Both the position numbers and the translations under genes were made by a program. A DNA stretch of 64,000 bases, from assembly GCA_043827405.1 (NCBI GenBank), contig JBDRPD010000083.1, positions 32,001 to 96,000 of the forward strand. Direction: 5' to 3'. This stretch comes from Elusimicrobiota bacterium. Lineage in GTDB: Bacteria > Elusimicrobiota > Elusimicrobia > UBA1565. Shown piece after piece: positions 45,950 through 57,226 of this stretch; position 1 is the first letter of the stretch; each line of letters begins with the position of its first letter. A model generated the notes under the pieces. That model was not told the DNA's origin, did not search any database, and saw only the letters and a program-made list of their open reading frames with translations.

Positions 45950-48265
45950 CTAGAACCGCATTCCTCCCGACAGATACAGCAGCCCTTGGAAGGTGTCCCG
46001 CTTGGGGCCGTAGCCGTAGCCGGCATCGGCGTAAAAGTGGTTCCACAGATGCAGCCAGCCGAGGCCGGCGACGGAGTTGAAGAGTTGCGTCTTCGCGTCC
46101 TTGGGCGTTACCGCGCCGACATCTCCGAACAGGTAGGGTCCGGTCGAAACTACGTCGCGCAGATGCCAGCGGGCGCGTATGCCGACGCCTTTATGTCCGC
46201 TCATCTTGGCCAGGCCGTAGTAGATTCCCCCAGACCAGTTGTCGCTTAGCGCGTAGAACAGATTGAAGGTGAAGCCTGTGGGCTTGGTTAGGGCGAAGCC
46301 CGTCTGCAGGCGCTTGGCGAAGAGGATGCGGCGCTTGATGCTCTGGGCGTTGTCGATGCGGAGATCCTCCTCGATGAGGTCTTTGAGGACGTGATCGCGC
46401 AGCCGGTAGTACTTCTCCGGCGCATAGTACTCGTCCTTGGCCAACTCGAGCGACTGCAGGAAGTCCTGATAGCCGCGGTAGTGGGTGAGAAATATGTCCT
46501 TGGGCGCGCGGTAGCGAATGAGGAAGTGGCCGGCGGTCTCCGGCGCGTAGATCTCTTCGGTGTAGAAGGCTTCGTGCCGTTCGCCGATATGCCAGTGATC
46601 GCGGTACAGGTGCGTCGTGTAGCGCGCGCGGCTGGCGAAACGGTCGCCGAGCATCACGGTGTCGAGCGTGCGGCGATCGGAAATAGCGCCCTTGGCGCGC
46701 AGGCGGCGCCGGAACTCATCGGGCGCCAGCCAGTCGTCCGAGCCTTCGGTCTGATAGGTGATGGAGAAGGAGGCCTGGCCGCCGGGCGCCGCGTAGCGCT
46801 CGCCGCCCGGGATGGCGACCGGTCCTCTCCAACCGAGCGGGACCTGGTGGGAGTAGCGGCGGTTCTTCGGCGCCGGAGCTTCCTTGTCGTCGAAGCCGGG
46901 CAGGGGGACCGGGACGTCTTCTTGGCCTTTCTTCTCTTCCTTGTCCCGGCGCTGCAGGTGCGCGCGCCGCGAGGCGTTGATGTCCTCGTAGAAGCGGTAG
47001 ACGCCGAATCGCCAGTGCATTCCCAGGTGGCCGGTGAGTACGTCGGCGGCGCCGCCGCTGAGGCCGAGGCGCTGCGCCCGCGCTTCCAGCGACATGCCGA
47101 CGACGTCGGAGAACCGCGCCTCGAGACCGAGCGCCGCGGTCAGCACCGTGCCTTTTGATTTAAGGGTTACGGTGTCGCATTGGGCCAAGCCCTTGTTGTT
47201 GAAGCAGGCGAAGGGCGCCTCGCCTTTGAGCTGCAGCTTGATCGCGGTGTCATGCTGGCCGAAGCCGGCGATGAAGTACGGGGTCCATTTTTGTTTGCCG
47301 ATGGGATTGATGCGCGTGACCAATGAGAACGCCAAAGTGTTGATCGTGGTGTCTATCCCGGTGGCCGGCGGGGCGTCCACGGTCCGTTTTTCCTTGAAGT
47401 ATTGGGTGTAGCCCAGTTCCGGGCCGAAGCCGAGCCAGTCCCAAGGATAAAACAGGAAGCGCAGGTTGGCTCCGGCGCCGGTTTTCTCCTTGGCGTCCAC
47501 GCCGCCGAGCTTCCCCGTAAACCGGGAGTAGCCGGGTGAGAAGGCAACGGCGAAACGCGTGCCGACATAGGAGGGCCGTTCGGAAAGCCGGGTCGGCAGC
47601 GCGGCGTCGCGGCCGGCATAGACGTCCTCGATCATGCCGTCGCGGTCGAGGTAGAACTCCTCGGGCCGGTAGCGTTCGTCGGCGCGCAAAGTCATAGTGC
47701 GCAGGAAGGTCAGGTAGCTGTCCCGGTGGCGGTCGAATTCCTCCGCGAGTGCTTTATAGTGCAGGACGTAGAGCCCATCGGGATCGGGGATGACGATCTC
47801 CTCGTTGGTGTAAGTCGAGGAGCGGTCGCCGAAAAGCTTCTTTTGGCCGTAGACCACGGTCCGGTAGCGGGCACGGCTGCCGTAGCGTCCGGCGACTTTG
47901 ACCGGCGATAGGACGTGGGTGTCGGCTATCGTGCCTTTGCTGCGCAGATGGGCGCGGTAGGCGGCGGGGCCGCCCCACTTGCCCACATGCCGGCGCCGGT
48001 AAATCACAGTGAAGGAGGCGCTGGTATTGGGCCGGGCGAAGCTCTCGCCGTGCGGCAGGGTGATCGGGCCCCACCAGCCCTCGGCGATGCGCAGGGAGTA
48101 GCGTTTGGTTTCATAGGTGCCGGTCGCAGTTGCGACGGCGTCCTCGAGGCCGGGCAAGGTCAGCGCGCTCGTAGCCCCGGAGGAAAGGGGCGCCGCGAAG
48201 ACGAGTCGGGCAAGCAGAACCGGGCCGACCGCCCAGAGGGCGGTCCGCCGCCAATGCATATGCAT
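45950..48265 (-). CDS. Outer-membrane protein with two repeats of (soluble domain + small beta-barrel)
   Basis: Signal peptide; internal duplication; alternating beta-strands ending GMHWRF and terminal GGMRF. Confidence 0.65.
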   Translation of the reverse strand: MHMHWRRTALWAVGPVLLARLVFAAPLSSGATSALTLPGLEDAVATATGTYETKRYSLRIAEGWWGPITLPHGESFARPNTSASFTVIYRRRHVGKWGGPAAYRAHLRSKGTIADTHVLSPVKVAGRYGSRARYRTVVYGQKKLFGDRSSTYTNEEIVIPDPDGLYVLHYKALAEEFDRHRDSYLTFLRTMTLRADERYRPEEFYLDRDGMIEDVYAGRDAALPTRLSERPSYVGTRFAVAFSPGYSRFTGKLGGVDAKEKTGAGANLRFLFYPWDWLGFGPELGYTQYFKEKRTVDAPPATGIDTTINTLAFSLVTRINPIGKQKWTPYFIAGFGQHDTAIKLQLKGEAPFACFNNKGLAQCDTVTLKSKGTVLTAALGLEARFSDVVGMSLEARAQRLGLSGGAADVLTGHLGMHWRFGVYRFYEDINASRRAHLQRRDKEEKKGQEDVPVPLPGFDDKEAPAPKNRRYSHQVPLGWRGPVAIPGGERYAAPGGQASFSITYQTEGSDDWLAPDEFRRRLRAKGAISDRRTLDTVMLGDRFASRARYTTHLYRDHWHIGERHEAFYTEEIYAPETAGHFLIRYRAPKDIFLTHYRGYQDFLQSLELAKDEYYAPEKYYRLRDHVLKDLIEEDLRIDNAQSIKRRILFAKRLQTGFALTKPTGFTFNLFYALSDNWSGGIYYGLAKMSGHKGVGIRARWHLRDVVSTGPYLFGDVGAVTPKDAKTQLFNSVAGLGWLHLWNHFYADAGYGYGPKRDTFQGLLYLSGGMRF

Positions 48266-48336
48266 GCTTTAAGAATAGCAGGAAGGCCGAGGTCGGCGAT
48301 AACGCAATTATTGAGGGAAAACGAAGAAAAAACGTC

Positions 48337-49434
48337 TTATTTCGGCGGTTCGGCCAGCATTCTCCGGTAGTAGGCCGAAACCAGGCAGGTCATGGGGAGC
48401 GCAATTACCAGGCCGAGAAAGCCCAGGAGCTTGCCCCAGATAGAGATCGAGAGCAGGATCATGGCGGGAGAGAGACCGGTGGCCTTCCCCATGATGCGCG
48501 GCGTGATCAGCGTGTCCTGCAGCACCTGCACCACCGCGAAGACCGCGACGGTAAGGCCGACGATGGTCGGCACGCTGCCCCCGGTCTCCAGAGCCATGAT
48601 GATGGCGAGGACCGAGGCCGGGATCAGCCCCACAATCTGCAGGTAGGGCACCATATTGAGCAGTCCAACCAAGAGCCCCAGGAGAATCCCCATCGGCAGG
48701 CCGATCAAAGTGAAGCCGAAGGCGAAGAGCAGGCCGACGGTGCCCGCGACGACCGCCTGGGCGCGGAAATAGCGGCTCATTTGGGAATCGAACTCCTGCA
48801 GGAATTCTACGATCGATTCGCGGTAGAACTCGGGGATCATCTGCTGCCAGTCGCGCTTGACCTTCTGGTAGTCCAGCAGGAGGAAGACAAGGTAGAGCAG
48901 GATGACTAACAGGCCGACGACGCCGAGCAGAAAGTTGGTGGTCCCCGCGACCAGTCCCCAAACGCCCGGGAGCACCTTGCCGACGGTCGATTGGGCCAGG
49001 CTCCAGAAGTCTTTTTGCCGCACCAGTTCCATAAACTGCTGTTTGGTCATATATTCGCGAATCGATTCCCATAGGTTGGGAGGGAGCTTTTCGGCCGCGC
49101 GCCGGGCCAGCTCGGCGTCGGATGCCAGCCGTCCCAGCAGCTTGCCCATATGCGCGATCTCGCGCATGATCATCGGGACGAGGAAGCAGCCGGCGATCGC
49201 CAGCACCGCCGCGATAGCGGCCAAGGTCGCGAACACCGCCAGCGGGCGGTTGCCGATGCGTTTTTGCACCTTTACCACCAGGGGATTGAGCAGGTAGGCC
49301 AGCAGGAAGGCGACGGCGAAGGGGAACAGCACATCGCTCAGGTAGCCGACGGTAAGAATCGCGGAGTAGAGGAGCCCGGCGGTCGCCGCCAGGCGGAATA
49401 CCCGGTCGAAGGTGTAGGGGCGTTCTCCGAGCAT
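48337..49434 (-). CDS. AI-2E family transporter
   Basis: AYLLNPLV, YFRAQ, NMVPYL, PRIMG...GLSP, GLVIALP. Confidence 0.92.
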   Translation of the reverse strand: MLGERPYTFDRVFRLAATAGLLYSAILTVGYLSDVLFPFAVAFLLAYLLNPLVVKVQKRIGNRPLAVFATLAAIAAVLAIAGCFLVPMIMREIAHMGKLLGRLASDAELARRAAEKLPPNLWESIREYMTKQQFMELVRQKDFWSLAQSTVGKVLPGVWGLVAGTTNFLLGVVGLLVILLYLVFLLLDYQKVKRDWQQMIPEFYRESIVEFLQEFDSQMSRYFRAQAVVAGTVGLLFAFGFTLIGLPMGILLGLLVGLLNMVPYLQIVGLIPASVLAIIMALETGGSVPTIVGLTVAVFAVVQVLQDTLITPRIMGKATGLSPAMILLSISIWGKLLGFLGLVIALPMTCLVSAYYRRMLAEPPK

Positions 49435-49437
49435 GGC

Positions 49438-50535
49438 CTATTCTATCATGGCGGCGACGCGTTCGGCGACGGCGGGCGAAGCGGTCAGGCCCGGCGATTC
49501 GACGCCGATCAGATTGATCAGGCCCTCCAGTCCGCGGCCGCTCTCTTCCTGAATCACAAAATCGCGAAAGCCCCCTTCGGGTCCGGTCAGCTTGGGCCGG
49601 ATGCCGGCGGTGTCGGGGGAGATGTCCTGCTCGCGCAGGCCGGGCCAAAAACGCCGCGCGGCGGCGGCGAACTTTCCGGCCAGCTCAGCCGGAACGTCGT
49701 AGTCGATCTCGTCGGTGAACTCGGTGTCCGGCCCGAGCCGCACGCGGCCCCGGCGGTCCGGGGTTAGATGTACGCCGAGCCCGTGCTTGGACGGCACGGG
49801 ATAGATGAGATGGGGCAGCTTGAACTCTTTGTTGTAGCGAAAGTAGCGGCCCTTGCACCAAAACAGCCGGTAGCCGGCCGCGCGGATATCGACGCCGGCC
49901 AGCTGCGCGATCTTATCGGCGTAGAGGCCGGCGGCGTTGATCAGCCAGCGCGCATGCAGCTTCTCATTATTTTCGCCGAAGGTCACCGCGTAGCCGCCGG
50001 CGCGGCGGTCGATGCCGTGCACGGCGTTCTGAAAAAGGAATACCGCGCCGCCGTCTTCGGCCCGGCGAAAGAAGTGGCCCATGAGCTCTTCGCTGTCGAT
50101 GATGCCGGAGTCGGGGCACCACAGGGCGGCCTTGACCTTGATCTTCGGTATTTTTTTACGCACCGCCGCGCCGGTGACGAGCTCCAGGTTTTCCGCGCCG
50201 GAGACGGCGGCATTGTCCCGGATGCCCTCCAGGCGGCCCGTCTCTTCTTCGTCCGTCGCGACGATAAACTTGCCGGTTCTCTGCGCGAAGATGCCGGTAT
50301 CCGCGGCCAGACGGTAGAGCCGGCGTCGTCCTTCATGGCATAGCCGGCTCTTCAGGCTGTCGGGGGGATAGTAGATGCCGGCATGAATGACCTCGCTGTT
50401 GCGGCTTGAGGTCTCGGTGCCGTAGCGCGGGGCCTTCTCCAGCACCACTACGCTGCGGCCGCCGCGGGCAAGGCGCGCGGCCGCGGCCAACCCCAGAACG
50501 CCGGCGCCGATGATGCAGATATCGACTTTTTCCAC
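49438..50535 (-). CDS. FAD-dependent oxidoreductase (L-2-hydroxyglutarate oxidase-like)
   Basis: IIGAGVLG, TSSRNSEVIHAGIYY, GLGVH, GIRPK, GVESPGLTAS; GTG start overlaps the upstream TAG. Confidence 0.88.
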   Translation of the reverse strand: MEKVDICIIGAGVLGLAAAARLARGGRSVVVLEKAPRYGTETSSRNSEVIHAGIYYPPDSLKSRLCHEGRRRLYRLAADTGIFAQRTGKFIVATDEEETGRLEGIRDNAAVSGAENLELVTGAAVRKKIPKIKVKAALWCPDSGIIDSEELMGHFFRRAEDGGAVFLFQNAVHGIDRRAGGYAVTFGENNEKLHARWLINAAGLYADKIAQLAGVDIRAAGYRLFWCKGRYFRYNKEFKLPHLIYPVPSKHGLGVHLTPDRRGRVRLGPDTEFTDEIDYDVPAELAGKFAAAARRFWPGLREQDISPDTAGIRPKLTGPEGGFRDFVIQEESGRGLEGLINLIGVESPGLTASPAVAERVAAMIE

Positions 50536-51884
50536 TAGAAGGAGTAGTTGATGTCCATGAAGATCGCGGGGCCTTCCTGGCCGACGCCGAAGTCGATCGA
50601 GCCGACGACCTGGGGACGGGCGATCGCCCGGATGGCGCCGCCGAAGACCGGACGCAGGTACTTGGCCTTGGCCTTGCCGGGCTGGCGGAATACGTTGCCG
50701 ACGCCGACGAACGGCGCGATCTCCAGCTCGGTCATGACGCCGGCGGTCTCGATTTCGAAGACGCGGATGCGCTCCTCGACGGTGGCCGTGAACATGCCCC
50801 GGTCGACATAGCGCCCCTCGCCGTAGGCGCGGTGGATGGTCTTGCCGCCGAGCGCGGGCAGCAGATGGAAAGGCACGTCGCCGATTACCTGCTCGAGCAG
50901 GGCGCGTCCGGCGGTGGCGAAGCGGGAGTCCGGAGCATGTTTGTAGAAGTGGCGCAGGTCGAATCCGTAGCGGGTGAAGGCGTATTCGCTGGCGAACTCG
51001 CGCTGGGCGTTCTCGATCATGACCTTGGCGTAGGTGCCGGTGCGGGTGGTCACGGCGCTGTCGCGGGTGTCGTAGTCCATGAAGAACTGGAGCGCCGCGT
51101 CCTGGTGCCAGTGCGTCGGCGTTTGCTCGGGGAAGTCGCGCCCGATATCGGGCAGGGAGTCGACCGCGCCGGCGGCGATGCGTGTTCCCGCCAGGCGGTG
51201 GGCGATGTTCCATTTCCACCGGCTGCCCTGGATGAGCGGCAGGCCGAGCCGGCAGTAGTAGCCGAAGAACTTCTTGGTGTAGTTGGTCTCGTTCGCCTGC
51301 TGGCTGAAGGGGCCGAGTCCGAAGAAGCGGTATGAGCCGTCTACGTCGTACATGATCCGGGCATTGACCGCGATGTCGCGGCCGAGAAGGTCGAGGTCCT
51401 CCATTTCGCCCACCAGGTCCGGGTTTTCGGTCGAAGCGAGGGAGGCGCGGAACAAGTAGTTCGATTTTTCGGTCGGATAGAAGTAGTAGCGGTAGGTCGG
51501 CACCCACTTGAAGATGTCGTTGTAGGTGATCGACGGGGCATGGATGTGGCGGATGCGGTCGTCGTCTTGTCCCTGGATGACCCAGATCGGCATGATGCCG
51601 TAGGTGGCGCCGCGGTTGGGGTCGGTGTCGATAATCGGCAGGCCGACAAACATCCCGCGGCGGATGTCGTGGATCATCATGCGCATGAGCCACGGCTTGT
51701 GCGCCGCCGGCGGCGTGAATCCGGGCGGAATCTTATCCGGCGGCTGCGCCCGGCCCTCTTTCTTGATGAGATGCCCCGAGTCCTTTTTATAGGCCTTGAT
51801 CTTGTCGAGCGGCCTTTCGTCGGCCGCTGCCGGGAGGGTGAGAAACAGGGACAATAATAGGGCGGCGAACTTATGGGTCTTCAC
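50535..51884 (-). CDS. Omp85/BamA-TamA-like outer-membrane beta-barrel protein (no obvious POTRA domains)
   Basis: Signal peptide, YDTRDS, LGG..HRAY..GRYVD lid-like motif, C-terminal NYSF. Confidence 0.8.
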   Translation of the reverse strand: MKTHKFAALLLSLFLTLPAAADERPLDKIKAYKKDSGHLIKKEGRAQPPDKIPPGFTPPAAHKPWLMRMMIHDIRRGMFVGLPIIDTDPNRGATYGIMPIWVIQGQDDDRIRHIHAPSITYNDIFKWVPTYRYYFYPTEKSNYLFRASLASTENPDLVGEMEDLDLLGRDIAVNARIMYDVDGSYRFFGLGPFSQQANETNYTKKFFGYYCRLGLPLIQGSRWKWNIAHRLAGTRIAAGAVDSLPDIGRDFPEQTPTHWHQDAALQFFMDYDTRDSAVTTRTGTYAKVMIENAQREFASEYAFTRYGFDLRHFYKHAPDSRFATAGRALLEQVIGDVPFHLLPALGGKTIHRAYGEGRYVDRGMFTATVEERIRVFEIETAGVMTELEIAPFVGVGNVFRQPGKAKAKYLRPVFGGAIRAIARPQVVGSIDFGVGQEGPAIFMDINYSF

Positions 51885-51896
51885 AGGCTCATTCTA

Positions 51897-52910
51897 TTAA
51901 ATTGCGGCCGCGAGCTCGGCCAAGCTCCAGCGCGCCTGCCCGGCGAGCAGGGGGTTCGCGTGCCGGGTGAACTCTTCGAGCAGCGGGACAAACCGGCGGT
52001 CGCCGGAGTTCCCCATAACAAGCAGCGCGTTGCGCACCAGCGCCGTATGCCCGGTGCGCCGCAGGGGGGTGCCCTTGAAGCGCCGGTTGAACTCTTGCGG
52101 GGTCGATCGTGCGAGTTCTTCCAGATCGAGCGCGGCCGCGAGCCCGGGTTTTAGAATCGCGCCCGCGGCCGCGAACTTGTTCCAAGGGCAGGCGTCCTGG
52201 CAGGCGTCGCAGCCGAAGAGCCGGTCGCCATGGCCGGCGCGGAACTCTTCGGGGACCGGGCGCTTGCGCTGCTCGATAGTGAAATATGAGATGCAGCGCG
52301 AGGCGTCGAGCATTCTAGGTTCCGGAAAGGCGCCGGTCGGGCAGGCGTCGAGGCAACGGCGGCATGTTCCGCAGTGCTCGGCGCCCGGCGGATCATAGTC
52401 GAGGTCCTGATCTACCGCCAGTCCCGCCAGCAGGAAGAAGGAGCCAAGCCGGCGCGACAGGAGCATGGTGTTTTTTCCGACCCAGCCGATCCCGGCATAG
52501 CGGGCGTACAGGCGTTCGAGCACCGGGCTCGCGTCCACGAAGACCTTGCCTTTGAGTTCCGGGAAGTACGCCAGCAGGCGCCCCATCCGGTCCTTGAGCC
52601 CGTCATGATAGTCGGGGGGCAGGGCGTAGCGCGCCAAGCGGCCGTGACTCGCGGCGGACGGCGCCGCCGCGCTGTAATAACTAAAGGCGCAGACTATGAC
52701 CGAACGAGCTTTGGGATACCAGCGCCGGATGTCGGCGCGCTTTTCGGGCTCGCGCGCCATATAGCCCATCTCGCCGTGCATGCCGCTTTCGATCCAGGCA
52801 TGGTAGGCTTTTTGCCCTTCCTGGGCGGCTGGGGGAAGAACGGCGGGGGCTATGCCGACCAAGTCGGCGCCCAGGGAGCGGGCGCGCTCACGCAGTTCTG
52901 CGGAAAGCAA
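51897..52910 (-). CDS. queG: tRNA epoxyqueuosine reductase
   Basis: ARYA...DYH, GIGWVGKN, CGTCRRCLDACP, RCISY, FGCDACQDACPWN. Confidence 0.93.
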   Translation of the reverse strand: MLSAELRERARSLGADLVGIAPAVLPPAAQEGQKAYHAWIESGMHGEMGYMAREPEKRADIRRWYPKARSVIVCAFSYYSAAAPSAASHGRLARYALPPDYHDGLKDRMGRLLAYFPELKGKVFVDASPVLERLYARYAGIGWVGKNTMLLSRRLGSFFLLAGLAVDQDLDYDPPGAEHCGTCRRCLDACPTGAFPEPRMLDASRCISYFTIEQRKRPVPEEFRAGHGDRLFGCDACQDACPWNKFAAAGAILKPGLAAALDLEELARSTPQEFNRRFKGTPLRRTGHTALVRNALLVMGNSGDRRFVPLLEEFTRHANPLLAGQARWSLAELAAAI

Positions 52911-52911
52911 T

Positions 52912-53385
52912 TCAGACCGCAGGCTCGGTTTTTATGACTTTGTAAGTCGTGCTGCCGGCGGGGAGTTCGATCTTGACCGTCTCGCCGACCATATGCCCCA
53001 AGAGCCCTTGCGCCAGCGGCGAGTCGACCGAAATCTTGCCGGCGGAGGGGTCTGATTCGGCCTGGCCGACCAATATCCACTCGTGCTGCTCCATGTCGTC
53101 CTGGTCCTGGAGGGTGACCTTGACGCCGATCTGTACGGTATCCTTCTTGATTTCGATGTCATCGGTTAAGCGGGAGGTGGCCAAGGCATCGGAAATCTTG
53201 CCGATGCGGTTCATGACTTCGCCGAGCCGTTCCTTGGCGGCGTGGTATTCGGCGTTTTCCTTCAAATCGCCCTTCTCGCGGGCCTCGCCGATTTCTCCAG
53301 ACAAAATCGTTTTCTGCTTCTTAAGCTCCTTGAGCTCGTCATGGAGCTTCTGCATCCCGGCACGGGAAATATATGTTGCGCTCAT
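52912..53385 (-). CDS. greA: Transcription elongation factor GreA
   Basis: GDLKENAEYHAAKE, ISVDSPLAQGLLG. Confidence 0.95.
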   Translation of the reverse strand: MSATYISRAGMQKLHDELKELKKQKTILSGEIGEAREKGDLKENAEYHAAKERLGEVMNRIGKISDALATSRLTDDIEIKKDTVQIGVKVTLQDQDDMEQHEWILVGQAESDPSAGKISVDSPLAQGLLGHMVGETVKIELPAGSTTYKVIKTEPAV

Positions 53386-53406
53386 TACAGCACCTCGGAA
53401 TTAGCC

Positions 53407-53437
53407 AATAAAAAGCCCCTGTAGATACTCAGGGGGC
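53407..53437 (-). terminator. Intrinsic terminator-like hairpin in the greA leader
   Basis: Minus strand GCCCCCTG-AGTATCTA-CAGGGGC followed by TTTTTATT, between the promoter and ATG 53385. Confidence 0.65.
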
Positions 53438-53443
53438 ACAGTT

Positions 53444-53471
53444 ATTATAACAGGAATCGGCCCAGAGTCAA
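53444..53471 (-). promoter_or_regulatory. Sigma70-type greA promoter
   Basis: TTGACT-16 bp-TATAAT with extended -10 TG. Confidence 0.7.
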
Positions 53472-53519
53472 TATGATCTTAGTCAATAAATGTCAGAAAA
53501 AAGTATGTATTTAAATACG

Positions 53520-54083
53520 TTATTTTAAGCTTGTTCGCAAGGCTTGCAGTAGGGCATCCAGGATCGCTTCGCGCTTGATCCGGCGCCCGGATAATTCCCG
53601 GATAGATGCCGCTTGCGGCAGGGATGGGGGGATATGATTCTCGACGTTTACGCCTATTCCGATTACTACCCAGTCCACGGCATGGACGCAGCCGGAGGCC
53701 TCAATAAGGATGCCGCAAATCTTTTTATAAACCGCGGGACCTTCGGTGGCGCGGGCGAGGATATCGTTGGGGGGTTTGATGCGGATGTTAAGTTTGGTGA
53801 CGGCGCGCAGGGCTTTGGCGCAGATGCGTCCGCACTTAAGGCTGAGCTGAGCCAACTTCTCTGGCTTCAGTTTCGGTCGCAGGATGACGGAGAAATAGAG
53901 TCCGCCGCCGCCGGAAGACCAGTGTCGCTGCAGGCGTCCGCGCCCGCGGCTTTGCCGGTCCGCCCAGACCAGGGTCCAGGCCGGCGCGTCCTTTTCCGCC
54001 AGGCGCCGCGCCAGATTCTGCGTCGAAACCGTGGTTTTTAGGCGCTTGACGTCCACGATGCCGGGGAACTGCGTCGTCTTCAT
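53520..54083 (-). CDS. birA: Biotin-protein ligase, catalytic domain only
   Basis: STQ, QSRGRGRLQRHW, KPPND, KICGIL, IGIGVN; start ATG 54083 (ATGA overlap with nadC). Confidence 0.9.
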   Translation of the reverse strand: MKTTQFPGIVDVKRLKTTVSTQNLARRLAEKDAPAWTLVWADRQSRGRGRLQRHWSSGGGGLYFSVILRPKLKPEKLAQLSLKCGRICAKALRAVTKLNIRIKPPNDILARATEGPAVYKKICGILIEASGCVHAVDWVVIGIGVNVENHIPPSLPQAASIRELSGRRIKREAILDALLQALRTSLK

Positions 54084-54920
54084 GAGCCCTCCAGCTTCAT
54101 GCTGATGTCCAGCGCCGGCGCCGAATGAGTCAGGCGGCCGACCGAGATGCGGTCGGCGCCCAGGCGCGCCAAGCGCTGTACGGCGCGCAGGTCGACCCCT
54201 CCAGAAATCTCGATTTGGGTGCGCGGCGCGGCGCGGCGGATATGGCGGATTTCGCGGGCCAGGGCGGCGGGCCGCATATTGTCGAGCAGGACCACGTCGG
54301 CGCGTACAGCCAGGGCCTTGTCGATCTCGCCGCGGTCGCGGGCTTCGATCTCGACCGGCACGCGCGGGTAGCGGCGGCGGAAGGCGCGGATGCGGCGCTT
54401 GAGGTCCTCGGCGCTCAGGCCGTCCATGTGGTTGTCTTTGAGCATCGCCATGTCGTAGAGACCCATGCGGTGGTTGGCGCCTCCGCCCGCGCGCACCGCG
54501 TACTTGGCCAGCGTCCGCCAGCCGGGCAGGGTCTTGCGGGTGTCGTAGATGCGGGTGCGGCTGCCGCCCGCCCGCTCGACAAAGGCGCGGGTCAAGGTGG
54601 CGATCCCCGAGAGCTGCTGCAGGAAGTTGAGCGCGGTTCGTTCCGCGGTGAGAATCTCGCGCGGCCCCGTCACGCGCGCGACGACGGCGCCTTTGCGCAC
54701 GCGTTCTCCGTCTTTGACCCGCCAGGCGATAACGGCCCGGGGACAGACGCGGCGGAACACGGCGTTGACTACGGGAACGCCGCAGAGCACGCCGTCGCTC
54801 TTGCACAGGATGCGCGCCTTGAAGCGCGTATTCTTGGGGAGAAAGCAGCGCGTGGTGACGTCGCCGCGCCGTCCGAGGTCCTCCCGCAGAGAGAGAACGA
54901 TGAGCTTGTCGGTCAAGGGG

Positions 54921-54931
<11 letters not shown>
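54080..54931 (-). CDS. nadC: Nicotinate-nucleotide pyrophosphorylase (carboxylating)
   Basis: ERTALN, DTRKTLPG, NHRMGL, LKDNH, LLDN, ISGG. Confidence 0.95.
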
Positions 54932-56969
<2,038 letters not shown>

Positions 56970-56989
56970 GTAATATAGATTATAAAACG

Positions 56990-57089
56990 TTGGTACCGTT
57001 TATTAACATTAACTTATTTTGCCTGTGGCAAAAATGCTTGTTTTATATACGAAAAGATGGAATAAGTTAATGTTAATAAACGGTACCAA
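56990..57089. repeat. Perfect 29-bp inverted repeat with 42-bp spacer
   Basis: TTGGTACCGTTTATTAACATTAACTTATT (56990-57018) and its exact reverse complement (57061-57089). Confidence 0.95.
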
Positions 57090-57115
57090 AGGTTGTGATT
57101 TGCTGATTTTCGGCA

Positions 57116-57205
57116 TAGGTCTTTGGGCCTAAAAATGCCTAGGTCTCATGACCCCGAAAATAGGTCCCGAAGGCCCTCCGAAAAATGCCGCAGCCAGTCT
57201 ACACT
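57116..57205 (+). promoter_or_regulatory. Triple operator-like boxes plus candidate -10
   Basis: TAGGTC-TTTG-GGCCTA (57116), TAGGTC-TCAT-GACCCC (57140), TAGGTC-CCGAA-GGCCCT (57161); TACACT at 57200. Confidence 0.6.
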
Positions 57206-57226
57206 ATAGCAAGGTACAATAGAACC

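Noticed and set aside
49438..51693. 751-aa ORF suggesting a long N-terminal fusion to the FAD oxidoreductase
   Set aside because: The extension is an Arg/Pro-rich off-frame read of the Omp85-like gene. The real start is GTG 50535.
53507..53518. Palindrome GTATTTAAATAC after the birA stop
   Set aside because: It is short, AT-rich and has no independent support. At most it is a weak terminator or operator.
53520..54806. 428-aa BirA with a long N-terminus
   Set aside because: The extension is an off-frame read of nadC. The ATGA overlap at 54080-54083 gives the true start.
56990..57089. Chromosomal dif site or canonical LexA box
   Set aside because: The match to dif is only partial (XerD arm 7/11) and occurs as two inverted copies. 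There is no CTGT-N8-ACAG or GAAC-N4-GTTC. Kept only as an unexplained repeat.
57116..57177. Mini CRISPR array
   Set aside because: The units are 16-17 bp, degenerate and separated by only 5-8 bp, and there are no cas genes.
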